In this document: positions 9,303-20,586 of the stretch, in pieces
How positions within the stretch are numbered: position 1 is the first letter of the stretch
Layout: every line of letters starts with the position of its first letter
Assembly (NCBI GenBank): GCA_965219455.1
Contig: OZ244744.1
Span: 1,792,001 to 1,856,000 of the forward strand
DNA length: 64,000 nucleotides
Direction of reading: 5' to 3'
Origin: Candidatus Latescibacterota bacterium
GTDB lineage: Bacteria > Latescibacterota > UBA2968 > GCA-2709665
The notes under the pieces: generated by a model
Seen by the model: the letters and a program-made list of their open reading frames with translations, nothing else
The model's database searches: none
Told to the model about the DNA's origin: nothing
Made by a program: the position numbers and the translations under genes

Positions 9303-10307
9303 ATGAAAGTTCTGGTTACTGGCGCGGCAGGACAGGTCGGGTGCCGGCTGATACGGCAGCTTCTGGATCTGAACCTCGAAGTCAAGGGCTCCGTATTGCC
9401 CGACGATCCATGTCTGAGCCGGCTGGAAGGCCTGGACATGGAACTTGTGGAAGGGGATTTGACGGACGGTGATTTTGTAAAGCGCGCGGTCTCGGGGACG
9501 GATGCGGTGATCCACACGGCCAACCTGGTAGGACCTCACTTCGAAATCAACACGCAGATAAACCTGGAGGTGTCGCGTGCGTGCGGTCAGTTCGCCGACA
9601 GCCTGGAAAGGTACGTCTACGTAAGTTCGTCCGGCGTTTTTCCGAATAACGGCGAGAACATCGCCTGCGCATACCATCCCGTGGACGAGTTGCATCCCAA
9701 ACGGCCCGACAACGAGTATTCCCTTTCCAAGTACATCGGGGAACTGATGGCCGAGCGCGTTTCCCGGGAGACGGGCCTTCGAATTTCCATCGTTCGGCCC
9801 AGCCACGTGCTTTCGGGCCGAACGATTTTCGATCAATTCACGGTTGGACGGGTATGCACGATATTGAAGGCGGGACAGGTCGGGCCCGGTACGGAAATGT
9901 ACATGGCCGACGGAACCGAACTGTGGCACGACATCGAGGCGCGCGCGGACAGTCCTGACCAGCCGTGCGCCGTCCGGGACGAATCCGGGCGCCCGTGGTA
10001 CTACCAGCCGAATGACGCGCGGGATATCGCGCATTGCATGGTGTGCGCTCTGCGGTCTCCGGATGCGGTTGGAGAGTCGTTCAACGGCGGAGCCCCGGCC
10101 CCCTTTACCTTCCCGGAGGGCGCCCGGCTACTGGGGAAAATCACCGGGCGGGAACCCCTGGAGGTGACGGTTCCGGTGCGCTGGATGTACGATCACGACA
10201 TCACGAAAGCGAAATCGCTGATCGGCTACCGGCCACAGGGAGACCTGGAGACCATGATGGCATCGGCCGCAGCCTTCGAAGCAGGAGAACCCGACTATCG
10301 GTGGTAA
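9303..10307 (+). CDS. NAD-dependent epimerase/dehydratase
   Basis: VLVTGAAGQVG Rossmann motif, YSLSK (YxxxK); AGGAGG RBS. Confidence 0.9.
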   Translation: MKVLVTGAAGQVGCRLIRQLLDLNLEVKGSVLPDDPCLSRLEGLDMELVEGDLTDGDFVKRAVSGTDAVIHTANLVGPHFEINTQINLEVSRACGQFADSLERYVYVSSSGVFPNNGENIACAYHPVDELHPKRPDNEYSLSKYIGELMAERVSRETGLRISIVRPSHVLSGRTIFDQFTVGRVCTILKAGQVGPGTEMYMADGTELWHDIEARADSPDQPCAVRDESGRPWYYQPNDARDIAHCMVCALRSPDAVGESFNGGAPAPFTFPEGARLLGKITGREPLEVTVPVRWMYDHDITKAKSLIGYRPQGDLETMMASAAAFEAGEPDYRW

Positions 10308-10373
10308 CGGATCGCGTTCGCGTGAAATCGATACGTCGCCGAGGGCCCGCGGGGCGGCTTCCCGGTTGGGGAA

Positions 10374-11132
10374 TCAGGATGCTGTCGCGGGCGCGCCAAG
10401 GACAATGAGATTGCGGTTGGTGATACGCTGGTCGATCGCCGTGATCTTGTAGGCCCCGTACCGGCCGGCAATGACACCCACCGCAGCCGTGTATCGCGCG
10501 TAGTCGTCAAGATGGTTGATGCGGCGCAGGTAGATGCGGTCCCGGATGCAGCAGGGCATGGCGGCGAAACACGCGTTCGCCGCGCCAGCCATCTCCAGGG
10601 CATCCCGGGTGCCTTCGTTGCAGGCGTGAATGCAGATGACGTAGGAACGGGGGCTCAGTTCCACATTCTTGAAGTCGCTTTCAATGTACGCGACGTTCTC
10701 CATGGGCGCGGCATGTTCCCGCACGATTTCCAGGTAGTGACCGAAGGCCGGACGGCGTTCCAGGTCCACGCAGACCACCTGGAGTCCGCGAAACCGCCAG
10801 GCCAGCAGGATGCCCAGAAGACCGTGGCCGCAGGCCAGGTCGAAAATCGTCTCGACGTTGCCCGCACGCCACTGTTCGTAGATGGCCTGGCCGATTCGTT
10901 TGTATGCTTCGAAGGTTTCAAACAGTTCTTTCACACGCAGATATCTCGGGTGACGTTCCACAATCTGCGCGACACAGTCGGAAAGGGCTTCGCTGTGGCC
11001 GGTTTCCGCCACGTACGCAAGAATAAGCTCCAGTCGCTCCCGGTCCAGATCGCTTACCATCACGTTGGGATTCATCGGAAACCGGTCGAGCATGTGGGGT
11101 TGCCAGACGCCGTCGTATTTTTCTTTGGCCAT
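10374..11132 (-). CDS. SAM-dependent methyltransferase (Methyltransf_32-like)
   Basis: DLACGHG, IHACN and MPCC motifs. Confidence 0.8.
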   Translation of the reverse strand: MAKEKYDGVWQPHMLDRFPMNPNVMVSDLDRERLELILAYVAETGHSEALSDCVAQIVERHPRYLRVKELFETFEAYKRIGQAIYEQWRAGNVETIFDLACGHGLLGILLAWRFRGLQVVCVDLERRPAFGHYLEIVREHAAPMENVAYIESDFKNVELSPRSYVICIHACNEGTRDALEMAGAANACFAAMPCCIRDRIYLRRINHLDDYARYTAAVGVIAGRYGAYKITAIDQRITNRNLIVLGAPATAS

Positions 11133-11277
11133 ATCGGATTCCGGGCGACAGGATTGAGGATCTACAGGCTCGAATTAATATAGCCAATCCCGCCGGAAGA
11201 CGCAAAACAGGCGGAAAGAGTCGACCGGGGTCGTCGAGACCGCGTGACTCAACGAGATCCTTAAGCGGAGAGTTTCC

Positions 11278-12138
11278 ATGTCAGAACAGGCATCCTCGCA
11301 CCGGATCGTCGACGCCCACATCCACGTCTGGACGGACGATTTCGCGCGTTATCCCCTGGCCCCCGGTGTCAAAGCAGAAGACCTCTGGCATCCCACGTTC
11401 ACGCCGGAAGCGTACTTCAGCTACAGCCGGACGGTCGGCAACGTGCGCATCAACCTGGTCCAGATGATCTGGTACGACTACGACCACAGCTACATCCTCG
11501 ACCTCATCGCCGGCGACCGCGAGACGTTTGCAGGCACGGGCATGGTCAGCCTGGACGATCCCGAGCCGGACAAGACCATACTCGAACTCTCACAGCAAGG
11601 ATGTTTCGCCTTTCGCGAGCCGCCCTCCGGATTCGATCACCCGGCATTCGAGAAGATGTTCGCCGCCGGTGCGGAGCACGAACTCGCACTGAGCTTCAAC
11701 ATGCAAGTGGATCTGCTGCCCGGCCTGGACCGGCTATGCAGCCGCTTTCCGGAAACGCCGGTCATCCTCGATCACCTGTGCCACGTCGGCATCCGGGAAG
11801 CCGACTACAGCGAAAAAGACCTGGAAGCGCTGCTCCGGTTTGCCAGGCATGAGAAGGTGATGGTCAAGATCGGTCCGCTCCAGGCGCTGTGCTCCCGCCG
11901 CGCCCCCTACCTCGACGTCCTGCCCCTGATCCAGCGGGTGGTCGAAGCGTACGGCGCCCATCGCTGCATGTGGGAGTCCGACAGCGGCGGGCCAATCGAG
12001 ATGGAGGACCCGATGACCGACTATCCGGCTGCCGTGGACCTGATCCGCGACCACGCGAATTTTCTCAGCCCCGCCGAGAAAGACGCCATTCTTTGGGGTA
12101 CGGCGCAGCGCTTCTTTTTCCGCAATCTCAACGGCTGA
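11278..12138 (+). CDS. Amidohydrolase_2 family protein
   Basis: IVDAHIHVW, ILDHL and CMWESD motifs. Confidence 0.88.
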   Translation: MSEQASSHRIVDAHIHVWTDDFARYPLAPGVKAEDLWHPTFTPEAYFSYSRTVGNVRINLVQMIWYDYDHSYILDLIAGDRETFAGTGMVSLDDPEPDKTILELSQQGCFAFREPPSGFDHPAFEKMFAAGAEHELALSFNMQVDLLPGLDRLCSRFPETPVILDHLCHVGIREADYSEKDLEALLRFARHEKVMVKIGPLQALCSRRAPYLDVLPLIQRVVEAYGAHRCMWESDSGGPIEMEDPMTDYPAAVDLIRDHANFLSPAEKDAILWGTAQRFFFRNLNG

Positions 12139-12215
12139 TTCGATCCCTGGTGAGCATGCGGGCATTCTCATGATTGCATTCGGCGTTGGGGCGCCACTTC
12201 GTAAGGAGGAAACCT

Positions 12216-13643
12216 ATGCGTTCTGGAAAGCCGCTGTTCCTGGAGATCGCAGACAAGAGCATCGGACTTGTCGCGGGCCAACGAGCGACCCTCCGGGTAC
12301 ACGCCTCAGGGTGGCAGCCGCAGCGCGGGTCGGCCCGGTTGGAAGTGAACGACGCCGTCGGGGCAAGGCACTTCCTGGAAAGCAGGGACGACGTTTCGAT
12401 TGAGCCCGGCTCTGCGGAATTCGAGTTCGAATGGGAGATCCCGGATGGTGCGCCGCCTGGACGGTACTCGGTAACGGCAACACTTTTCGGCGCCAGAGAA
12501 GGCATCCGCACCGTTGTATCTGACGACTTCGAAGTCGTGGCGGTGGAGGTCAAGTCTCCGGGTTGCTTTCCGGCTCTGCCCAGGGACAGGACGATCTCCT
12601 GCCTCTACGACTTCGAGCCCGTCCGCAGGGAACAGCTTGTGGACTACTTCCAGGTCTGCCACGGGATGTGCGAACAGGACCGAAACCCCGACGGGTCCTG
12701 GGGCAAGGGCTACAATTCGCAGGAGCTCAGTTTCCATCCCCTCTACCGGTCCGTGGCGAACATCATCCTGGGCTACCTCATCGGGTATCGGTTGTTCGGC
12801 GAGGAGACGTATCTGGACCGGGCCGTGGGCGGCTTGCACTATCTGCTCGATGAACAGGAGCCGAACGGCGCCTATCGGTGGTGGTACAGCCGGGAGGGAG
12901 TCCTGAACGACCGCGACTGCTTCTACAGCTCGGGATGGGCTGCGTTGGCACTTGTCGAGGGCTACCGAATGCTGGGAGACGAACGTTGCCTGAGCGCGGT
13001 TCGACGGGTTGCGGATTGGACGGTCCATTGCCCCGCCACCGGCAACAACAACTACGACGCGTTCGCGCTCTGGTTCCTGGGTCCGCTCTTCGAGGCCACG
13101 GGTGAGGAGGCCTACCTCGAATCCGCCGTGCGGCGGACCGAGGAAGCGATCTTTGTTGCGCAGTGTCCCCACGGCGGATATCCGGGTCACAACTCTTACG
13201 TTGGGTATCAGCTCATCATCCTTAAAGGCCTGGCATCGCTGCACAAGACGCTGCCGCGGGATCATCCGTTCGCACCCGCGCTCCGCCGGCGGTTGATCCT
13301 GGCGACGAACAACGTCATCTATAAGCAGTCCGACTCCGGCGAGGTCTACGGCGGATGGGAGTACAACCCGGAATTCACAATTGACGAACACAGCCGCCCG
13401 GTGGGTCGGGTCTCCTCAGAGCCGTTTCCGTATGCGCTGTACCTTGCCTGGCGCGAGCTGAACTTCGATCGGCGCTTCTTCGACGGGATGTGTCGTGTAC
13501 AGGTTTCCCACAGTGAGGACCTCAAGGGTATGTCCCACGTAGAGCGGGACAATCGGGCCAAACTGCTCGAGCCGGCGACGCTTCTTCGGTGGTACGACGA
13601 ACTGGAGAGGGAAGGGACCGGTATCCGTACAACCGAGGGATGA
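12216..13643 (+). CDS. Alpha/alpha-toroid (glycoside hydrolase/prenyltransferase-like) protein with N-terminal beta domain
   Basis: AGGAGG RBS; repeated helix-hairpin motifs (NPDGSW, YLDRAV..LHYLL..Q.PNGAY, EEAYLESA). Confidence 0.6.
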   Translation: MRSGKPLFLEIADKSIGLVAGQRATLRVHASGWQPQRGSARLEVNDAVGARHFLESRDDVSIEPGSAEFEFEWEIPDGAPPGRYSVTATLFGAREGIRTVVSDDFEVVAVEVKSPGCFPALPRDRTISCLYDFEPVRREQLVDYFQVCHGMCEQDRNPDGSWGKGYNSQELSFHPLYRSVANIILGYLIGYRLFGEETYLDRAVGGLHYLLDEQEPNGAYRWWYSREGVLNDRDCFYSSGWAALALVEGYRMLGDERCLSAVRRVADWTVHCPATGNNNYDAFALWFLGPLFEATGEEAYLESAVRRTEEAIFVAQCPHGGYPGHNSYVGYQLIILKGLASLHKTLPRDHPFAPALRRRLILATNNVIYKQSDSGEVYGGWEYNPEFTIDEHSRPVGRVSSEPFPYALYLAWRELNFDRRFFDGMCRVQVSHSEDLKGMSHVERDNRAKLLEPATLLRWYDELEREGTGIRTTEG

Positions 13644-13782
13644 ACGATGGCACTTCGACAGTCTCAGTGTAAACAACGCAGCGGGACGGGATGAAACGGC
13701 GCCTGCCTTTGTGTGTTGCCTCACGCACGCAGACAGGGAAAAATGGAGATAATTTCCTGGGACAGGACATTAATCGGGAGGG

Positions 13783-14796
13783 TTGATTTTGAAGCCATTC
13801 GAAGATTCGACCGACATAGCGGGAAACGGACCTCGACTGAAAGAGCGTATGCACCGCGACGGATACCTCTTCGTACGCGGCATGTTACCCAACGAGATCC
13901 TGGCGGAACTGCGAACGGCGTTCCTCGAGATCGCCCGGGAAGCCGGATGGGTCAGGATGGACACGCCGCCGGAGGACGGAATCGCGGACCTGGACGGCTT
14001 CTGCGTCGAGCCCGAGCCGGCCTACATGGACGTCTATGCCGCCATGTATGGGTTAGAGGCGTTTCACGCGCTCCAGCATCACCCGAACATCGTTACCCTT
14101 CTCGAGCGAATGGCCGGCGAACCGATTCTGCCTCATGCGCGCATTATCGCGAGGACCATCTTTCCTCAACGCGAGGCGTATACGACCCCGGCCCATCAGG
14201 ACTTCATTCCCATCCAGGGGACACCCGAAACTTACACCGCGTGGCTTCCGCTCAGCGATCTGCCGTCCGAGATGGGCGGCCTGCAGGTCGCGGCCGGTTC
14301 TCACCGCCAGGGTGTGTACGACTTCAAGCCGTCTCTGGGAGCGGGCGGAATCGAGATCACCGATCCGCTCGAAGGAGCCTGGGTCAGCGGAGGGTTCGAG
14401 CAGGGCGACGTCCTCTTTTTCCACAGTATGCTCGTCCACAAGGGCCTTCCGAACCGGTCCGACCGTCTCCGCATGTCCATCGACGGGCGATACCAGAGAG
14501 TCAGTGATCCCATCGCGCCGGGGAGCATTCTTCCCCACAGCCAGCCGAACACCTGGGAGAATATCTATGCAGGCTGGAAAAACGAATCGCTGAAGTACTA
14601 CTGGGAGAACTACGAACTGGAGATCGCGGAGTACGACAACAGTTACCACGACAGGCGGGACCGGATGGCCTTCGACATGGCCGAGCAGGGAGACGAGAAG
14701 GCCGTCTCAGCGCTCCAGCGCATCATCGCGCGGCACAATGACCCGGCCACGCGGGAAAGGGCGGCCGAACTGCTGGCCCGGTTGAACGGGAACTGA
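13783..14796 (+). CDS. Phytanoyl-CoA dioxygenase (PhyH) family
   Basis: RDGYLFVR, HQD, WLPL, GSH, GDVLFFHS..VH and R.S.D motifs. Confidence 0.9.
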   Translation: MILKPFEDSTDIAGNGPRLKERMHRDGYLFVRGMLPNEILAELRTAFLEIAREAGWVRMDTPPEDGIADLDGFCVEPEPAYMDVYAAMYGLEAFHALQHHPNIVTLLERMAGEPILPHARIIARTIFPQREAYTTPAHQDFIPIQGTPETYTAWLPLSDLPSEMGGLQVAAGSHRQGVYDFKPSLGAGGIEITDPLEGAWVSGGFEQGDVLFFHSMLVHKGLPNRSDRLRMSIDGRYQRVSDPIAPGSILPHSQPNTWENIYAGWKNESLKYYWENYELEIAEYDNSYHDRRDRMAFDMAEQGDEKAVSALQRIIARHNDPATRERAAELLARLNGN

Positions 14797-14935
14797 GTCC
14801 GTTGCCGGGCGGAGAGAAAGAAGGAATCACGAGCCCGTTTAACCGGATGCAGTGGCCGGAGAGCAATGCGATGAAATCGTGGGTGGAATACAATGCAGCA
14901 TACGCAGGGTTAAACGGACTGACAGGCCGCGAACG

Positions 14936-15712
14936 TCAGGATCCGTCGCCATAGACCCCGTCGAGGTCTCGCGAACACGCTTCAAGCATCTGCATAAGCG
15001 CGAAGAACTCGCTGCCGTATGCGACCAGCTTTGCGCCCATGTCGTGGAGCTCTTGAACGTGGTCCGCGGAAGCCGCCGGACAGCCCCACGCCACACCCCG
15101 TTCGGCCGCGACGTCCGCGACTTTTCTAATGGCTTCTTCAAGTGTGAAATCCGTCTTCAGTCGTTCGATCCTCAGGGCAAGGTCGCCCGGTCCCACGAAC
15201 AGCCCGTCGACGCCCTCGATGGATGCGATCGCGTCGAGGTTTTCCAGGGCCTGCGGCGTTTCGATCTGTACAACGAGAAATGTCTCGCGGTTGGCCTCCT
15301 CGACGTAGGATTCCCCGCCTGACATAAAAAAGTCGGCGTCGACCCCCGCCCCGTCCATACCGCGGTCGCCAACGGGCGGAAACTTGACCGCTTCAACCAG
15401 CATCCGCGCCTTCTCCGGCGTCGAGACGTGGGGTATCATCAGGCCGGTCGCGCCGTCCTCCAGATATCGATACAGCCTCGTCCTCTCCGTGGTCGGCGGG
15501 CGGAACAGGCAGTCGATATCGTATAGGTGGAAGTAGGCGAGCATTGCCTGGATTTCGCGGTCCGTAAAACAGCGATGCTCCCCATCCAGCCAGATGCAGT
15601 CGAATCCGGCGTTGGCGGCCATGCGGATGTACGCCGGAATAAAGTGGCCGAGTCCGCAGATCCGGGCCGGCTTGCCATCCCGCACCTTCGCGAGCAATTT
15701 GCTGTTTCGCAT
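14936..15712 (-). CDS. HpcH/HpaI aldolase family
   Basis: GFDCIWLDGEH, FPPVGDRG, QIET and FVGPGDL motifs. Confidence 0.9.
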   Translation of the reverse strand: MRNSKLLAKVRDGKPARICGLGHFIPAYIRMAANAGFDCIWLDGEHRCFTDREIQAMLAYFHLYDIDCLFRPPTTERTRLYRYLEDGATGLMIPHVSTPEKARMLVEAVKFPPVGDRGMDGAGVDADFFMSGGESYVEEANRETFLVVQIETPQALENLDAIASIEGVDGLFVGPGDLALRIERLKTDFTLEEAIRKVADVAAERGVAWGCPAASADHVQELHDMGAKLVAYGSEFFALMQMLEACSRDLDGVYGDGS

Positions 15713-15955
15713 GATTGTGACTCCTGACGTGAGGATTGACGCCTTCCGGACCCCGCGGATTCGGACCGTGAACAAGAGGTTCCCGAAATTGTCTTGAGGT
15801 ATGTCCCACGGAGGTGTATACCATACAGGATGCACGGCAGGAACACCAGCATCTTCTGACGTGGATCGACGGACATCTGTGGGACAGAAAATCCTCACAC
15901 GGAGACACGAAGACACGAAAGAACACAAAGGGAAAGCCGGAAACAGCGACAAGGC

Positions 15956-15980
15956 GGGCAACCACAAGGGTTGCCCCTAC
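15956..15980 (-). repeat. GTAG-type REP palindrome
   Basis: Exact reverse complement of 2650-2674. Confidence 0.8.
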
Positions 15981-16080
15981 AGATGTACAACAGGCGCAGG
16001 TGTTGATGGTCTTGCCTTTTGCTGTACGCTTACGGCTGATAGCTGACGGCTTTTTTTACCACATCGATAGGAGAGAGACT

Positions 16081-17202
16081 ATGGCGAAATATCGAGCAGG
16101 AGTGATCGGACTGGGTTGGATGGGCATGCTCTACGATCTGGCGACGCGCATCCCCGACCGGTTCGACATCGACGACGTGGACCGTCCGACCCCCCAACTG
16201 GACGTCCATCGCCGATTCTACCACCACGAACATCCGGGCACCGAGGGAAATCCAACCTCCTATGCGGAGGCGCTTCACAACCGGCCCGAGGTGGAACTGG
16301 CGGCGGCAGCCGACCGGGACCCGAAACGGCTCGCGGCGTTCAGCGAGCGCTACCGGATCGAGGCGACCTACACGGATGCCGAAGAGATGCTGCGCGCCGA
16401 GCGTCCGGACATCGTGGCCGTCGCCACGAATACGAAGGGACGCGCCGATCTGACGTGCCTGGCCGTGGCGTGCGGTGCACAGGGCATCGTTACGGACAAG
16501 CCGATGTGTCACACGCTCGAGGAAGCGGACCGCATGGTAGCCACGTGCGCAGATGCGGGCGTTCCCCTCAGCTGTGGCGCGATCACGACGACCCACCCCT
16601 CTTTCGCCAAAGCCAGAGAACGGGTTCAGAGCGGGGCCATCGGGGAGATCCAGTCGATCGAGGCGCCCGGACCATTCGCTCAACATCAGAACTGGTCGTA
16701 TTTCCTGGACAGCGCGCCGGCCTGGGTCTCGGGAATCGGAGACCTGCCCCGCCGGGGGGAGGGCACCGACGAGTTCGGCGGCCCCGGAGGAAGCGACGAA
16801 TTCACCGGCCAGGGAATCATGGTCGCGGCGGATCAGACGGTGGTGCATTTTCGCAAGGGAGCTCCGGGGGTTCGCCTGGAAGGGAGCACGGGAGAGATCG
16901 AGTTCGGGGCAGACCGTCGATGGCACCTTAGACAGCAGCTTGAGACGACCGGTAACGATCGCGTCGAGATGCCGTGGCCGGAACCCCAGATCGTGTTTCC
17001 GTACGGCGCCGTCTACTCGCTGAACGACGTGATCGACTGCATGGAAGGCCGTCTCGACGAGCCGAAAAACTCGGGGCGTCGGATCGCCGTCGCCCTGGAG
17101 GTCGAGGTCGCGTTGAAGCAGTCTTCGGCGCGTGGAGGAGAGCGCGTCGAGCTTCCACTCGAGGACCGGTCTCTCGGGCTGCACTATGACTGGTTCCGGT
17201 AA
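16081..17202 (+). CDS. Gfo/Idh/MocA oxidoreductase
   Basis: GVIGLGWMG and DKPM motifs; AGGAGAG RBS. Confidence 0.85.
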   Translation: MAKYRAGVIGLGWMGMLYDLATRIPDRFDIDDVDRPTPQLDVHRRFYHHEHPGTEGNPTSYAEALHNRPEVELAAAADRDPKRLAAFSERYRIEATYTDAEEMLRAERPDIVAVATNTKGRADLTCLAVACGAQGIVTDKPMCHTLEEADRMVATCADAGVPLSCGAITTTHPSFAKARERVQSGAIGEIQSIEAPGPFAQHQNWSYFLDSAPAWVSGIGDLPRRGEGTDEFGGPGGSDEFTGQGIMVAADQTVVHFRKGAPGVRLEGSTGEIEFGADRRWHLRQQLETTGNDRVEMPWPEPQIVFPYGAVYSLNDVIDCMEGRLDEPKNSGRRIAVALEVEVALKQSSARGGERVELPLEDRSLGLHYDWFR

Positions 17203-17365
17203 AGAAAGTGAAACGGGAAGCGGAATCAGAAAGGCTCGCAGCCACGGGGTGAAGCGCCGCCTGACGCGTCGGTCACGTCCTGAACAGTAAGGATACGAAT
17301 GTTTTCAGACTCATCTCCGACGGATACGCGGGACCTGGCGCTTCGATATGAAAGGAGACACAAAA

Positions 17366-18160
17366 ATGGCTGGCAACGGTAAGGTGCAGGTGCAGATGAT
17401 CGGGTTCGCGACACTGAAGCTGACGTCGCCGAACGGGAAGGTGCTTCTGGTGGACCCCTGGCTCTCGGGAAACGACTTCTTCCCGGATGGGAATCCGGCG
17501 GTTCCCGAGAAGTACAGGGAGGACGTGGGTGCGTTCGGCAACGTGGATATCGTCCTGCAGACGCACGCGCATTTCGACCATTTGAACCTGAATGACCTGG
17601 TCGCGATCGCGGAACGGTTTGATCCGATCATCCTCACTCCCGTGGAGACCGCGGTCTACATCCGGGAGCACACGGACCTCCAGAATTTCTGCAACGGAGG
17701 ATTTGGGATGAACCGCGGCACGTTGCCCCCGATAGACGGGATCGCAGTGTCGGGCGTGCACTGCGAGCATACCTCCTCGGAGATCGAACTGCTCGATAAC
17801 GGCAGGTTGAAGGGCCGGGACATCGGGGATCCGATCGGCTTCGTTGTGGAGTTCGAGAACGGGTTCAAGGTCTACATCTCGTCGGACACGGGGCTGTGCT
17901 CGGACCTGAAGCTCGTGATCGGCGACTACTACAAGCCCGACCTGGCGATCCTGAATATCTGCGGGGGTGGGTTCACGGTTGGAGGGGACAGCGCCGGCTA
18001 CGCGGTGAAGATGATCGACCCGAAGTATGTGATTCCGGCCCACTACGGCGTTTTCGAGGTGATGGACCAGACGCCGGAAAATTTTCTCGAGGCGTTGAAG
18101 ATCCACGCGCCGGACGTCGAGGCGATCGTGCTGGAGCCGGATGAGACGGCGGAATTTTGA
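17366..18160 (+). CDS. Metallo-beta-lactamase-fold metal-dependent hydrolase (UPF0173-like)
   Basis: VDPW, THAHFDH, SSDTG and IPAHY motifs. Confidence 0.88.
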   Translation: MAGNGKVQVQMIGFATLKLTSPNGKVLLVDPWLSGNDFFPDGNPAVPEKYREDVGAFGNVDIVLQTHAHFDHLNLNDLVAIAERFDPIILTPVETAVYIREHTDLQNFCNGGFGMNRGTLPPIDGIAVSGVHCEHTSSEIELLDNGRLKGRDIGDPIGFVVEFENGFKVYISSDTGLCSDLKLVIGDYYKPDLAILNICGGGFTVGGDSAGYAVKMIDPKYVIPAHYGVFEVMDQTPENFLEALKIHAPDVEAIVLEPDETAEF

Positions 18161-18180
18161 AGACCTGCTGAGCCTGGACT

Positions 18181-19161
18181 CTACTTCCAGGGGACCGGGA
18201 GAGAGAACTCGCGGGCCAGGCCCTCGAGCGACGTTACGGCCTTTGCGGCAATGGGAACGCCGTTCTCCCGATAGTCGGCCTCTTTTCGCCAGGCCCTCGT
18301 TCCCGGCAGACCCGCATCCGGGAGTCCGGACAGAGGCCGCATCTTCGCCGTCTCGTCCATCAGGAAGTCCATGTCCGCCTTGAAGGCGTCGAGAGACGTG
18401 AAGCAACTCACGTCCAGCGCCATGTGAAATCCGGACTGGTCCGCGCCCTGGAACTTCGCGGTTCGACGGTCGAATTCGGGCAGCATCTGTCCCCCCAGGG
18501 TCCCCGAGAGGATGTTGGCCACGTGAGACATGCCGATGGCTTTCACAAAGACCGCCGGATTCCTGCGGACGTCGACGTCATCCGCCGTGAAATGGCTGGC
18601 ATAGTCCAGCAGGAAATTCGGATGCTCCCGGCCCGCGGGCATCCCGAAGGCCAGCGGCGGACTGCCCTGGATCGAGCCGCGGATGCTGCTGGCGTGGTCA
18701 TATGACGGGGAGGCGCTCCGTCCGGAGAGGCTGATGCCGATAAGGTCCTCCTCCAGGGCCATGCGCACGTACTTTCCCGAGCTTCCCAGATGGTCGTGAT
18801 AGACGGTGGTGACCACGCCAATGCCGAGTTCTTTGGCTTTGGCAATGGCCATTTGCATCGCCCGGGTGGCGACGACCATTCCGAGACCGCCGTCCCCGCT
18901 GAGTGCGGCGGTCGTCGGACCCTCGTGAAGGACGCGGATGGACGGATGGGGATTGGCGCGGCCTTCCTGGAACGAGCGGACGTATCGCTCCACCTGCGCC
19001 ACGCCGTGGCTGACCACGCCGCGCAGTTCGGTGTCGACCAGCAGATCGGCGATCAGGCGGGCATGCTCCGCAGGCAGAGGAACGGCCTCGTAGATCCCGG
19101 ATACGAGGCGCCGCAGATCTTCAACGGGAACGCGTATCCCGTCTTTGGGTGGGACGTTCAC
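18181..19161 (-). CDS. Ldh_2 family oxidoreductase
   Basis: LRGVVSHG, DGGLG, HLG and PLAFGMP motifs. Confidence 0.85.
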   Translation of the reverse strand: MNVPPKDGIRVPVEDLRRLVSGIYEAVPLPAEHARLIADLLVDTELRGVVSHGVAQVERYVRSFQEGRANPHPSIRVLHEGPTTAALSGDGGLGMVVATRAMQMAIAKAKELGIGVVTTVYHDHLGSSGKYVRMALEEDLIGISLSGRSASPSYDHASSIRGSIQGSPPLAFGMPAGREHPNFLLDYASHFTADDVDVRRNPAVFVKAIGMSHVANILSGTLGGQMLPEFDRRTAKFQGADQSGFHMALDVSCFTSLDAFKADMDFLMDETAKMRPLSGLPDAGLPGTRAWRKEADYRENGVPIAAKAVTSLEGLAREFSLPVPWK

Positions 19162-19212
19162 GAGAACCCTCCTTTATTGGTGATGAAGTCGGTCGATAGG
19201 GAATCTTCGAAT

Positions 19213-20184
19213 ATGGGTCCTTCTTCGCAACTAACGCAAGTACGGCTGGGACAGACCGATCTCCTGGTAACGCGGTACTGCCAGGGCACGGCCTTCCGTC
19301 ACCTGGAGCGGTGCGCGCACGATCCGGAGGCAGAGCGGGTGCTGCGGCATTGCCTGGACGTGGGCGTGAACTTCTTCGACTCCGCACACGAATACGGATG
19401 GGGTGCCGCGGAGGAACTGCTCGGAAGTGTGCTGGCGGGCCGTCGGGACAGCGCCGTCATCTGTACGAAGGTGCCTGCCAGTCAACCTCCCGACGGCGAA
19501 CGAGGCGCGAGGAAGCCGGCGACTTTCACACGAGAGTTTCTCACGCGGCAGCTGGATGGATCGCTGACGCGTCTGCGCACCGATTTCGTGGATCTCTACC
19601 TGCTCCATGAGCCGGACGGCATCACACCTGCCGAGCAGATCTGCAAGTCGATGGATCATCTCGTCCGATCGGGGAAGGTGCGCTTCTGGGGCCTGTCAAA
19701 TCACGACGCGGCATTCGTGGCGGCGTGCTGTGCGTTCAGCCGGGATGCGAGCGTGACCCCGCCTTCGGTGATCGAGGACTATTACACGGTTGCGGGCTAT
19801 ACGCTCACGCCGGACGGGCGGTCGAGAATCCGAAAACTGGAACGCGAGATGTTTCCCGTCGTGCGCGTCGAGGGACTCGGGGTGATTGCGTACAGCCCGA
19901 TGGATGCCGGCCAGTTGTCGCCCCGTTACGAAGCCGATCCGGAATCCCCCCTGGCGGAGATGCACACCGCGCTGGACGAGGCCGCGGGGGAACTGGGCGT
20001 CAGCCGGGCGCAGGTCTGCGTCGCATGGGTGCTGGACCACCCGGAGGTGACGTCGGTACTGGCCGGTCCCGAGAGCACAGCCCACGTCGATGAGACAATC
20101 GCCGGTGCGGCGCTGAAGCTTCCGGCCGACGTGCGGGGGAAGCTGGACGCGGCGAGCGAGTATTACGGCAGAAGGTTGGAGTAG
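19213..20184 (+). CDS. Aldo/keto reductase
   Basis: GVNFFDSAHEYG, SLTRLRTDFVDLYLLH, GKVRFWGLSN, YSPM; start may instead be 19183. Confidence 0.9.
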   Translation: MGPSSQLTQVRLGQTDLLVTRYCQGTAFRHLERCAHDPEAERVLRHCLDVGVNFFDSAHEYGWGAAEELLGSVLAGRRDSAVICTKVPASQPPDGERGARKPATFTREFLTRQLDGSLTRLRTDFVDLYLLHEPDGITPAEQICKSMDHLVRSGKVRFWGLSNHDAAFVAACCAFSRDASVTPPSVIEDYYTVAGYTLTPDGRSRIRKLEREMFPVVRVEGLGVIAYSPMDAGQLSPRYEADPESPLAEMHTALDEAAGELGVSRAQVCVAWVLDHPEVTSVLAGPESTAHVDETIAGAALKLPADVRGKLDAASEYYGRRLE

Positions 20185-20586
20185 GTGCATCGGTCGGTTG
20201 GTGGCGGAACCGGCTGAGACAGAAGAAACTCCCGATTTCACTGACTACGGAAAGACAACAATCGGCTCACACGAAGACACAGAGACACAAAGGGAAACCA
20301 AAAGACGGGCAACCGATAAAGGCAGTGAAACGGGAGACGGAAGACGGTAGAGGATCCCACCTCGATCAACCGGTCAGCGATACAGTATCGCGACATCAAT
20401 CCACGAATAACCGGGTTTATGTAAGGGCGGTTCGTGAGCCACCCGGCGGGGCAGACCTCTCTCCCCCCGGCCCCGCACCGTGGCTCCTCGAGGTGCCGTT
20501 CGGAGGAAGCGGAGACGAGGTTCAGAATAGAGAGTCCGTAGAAAACCGTAGATTCAGGTTCTTATCCTGCATCTCAAAAAGCGTCG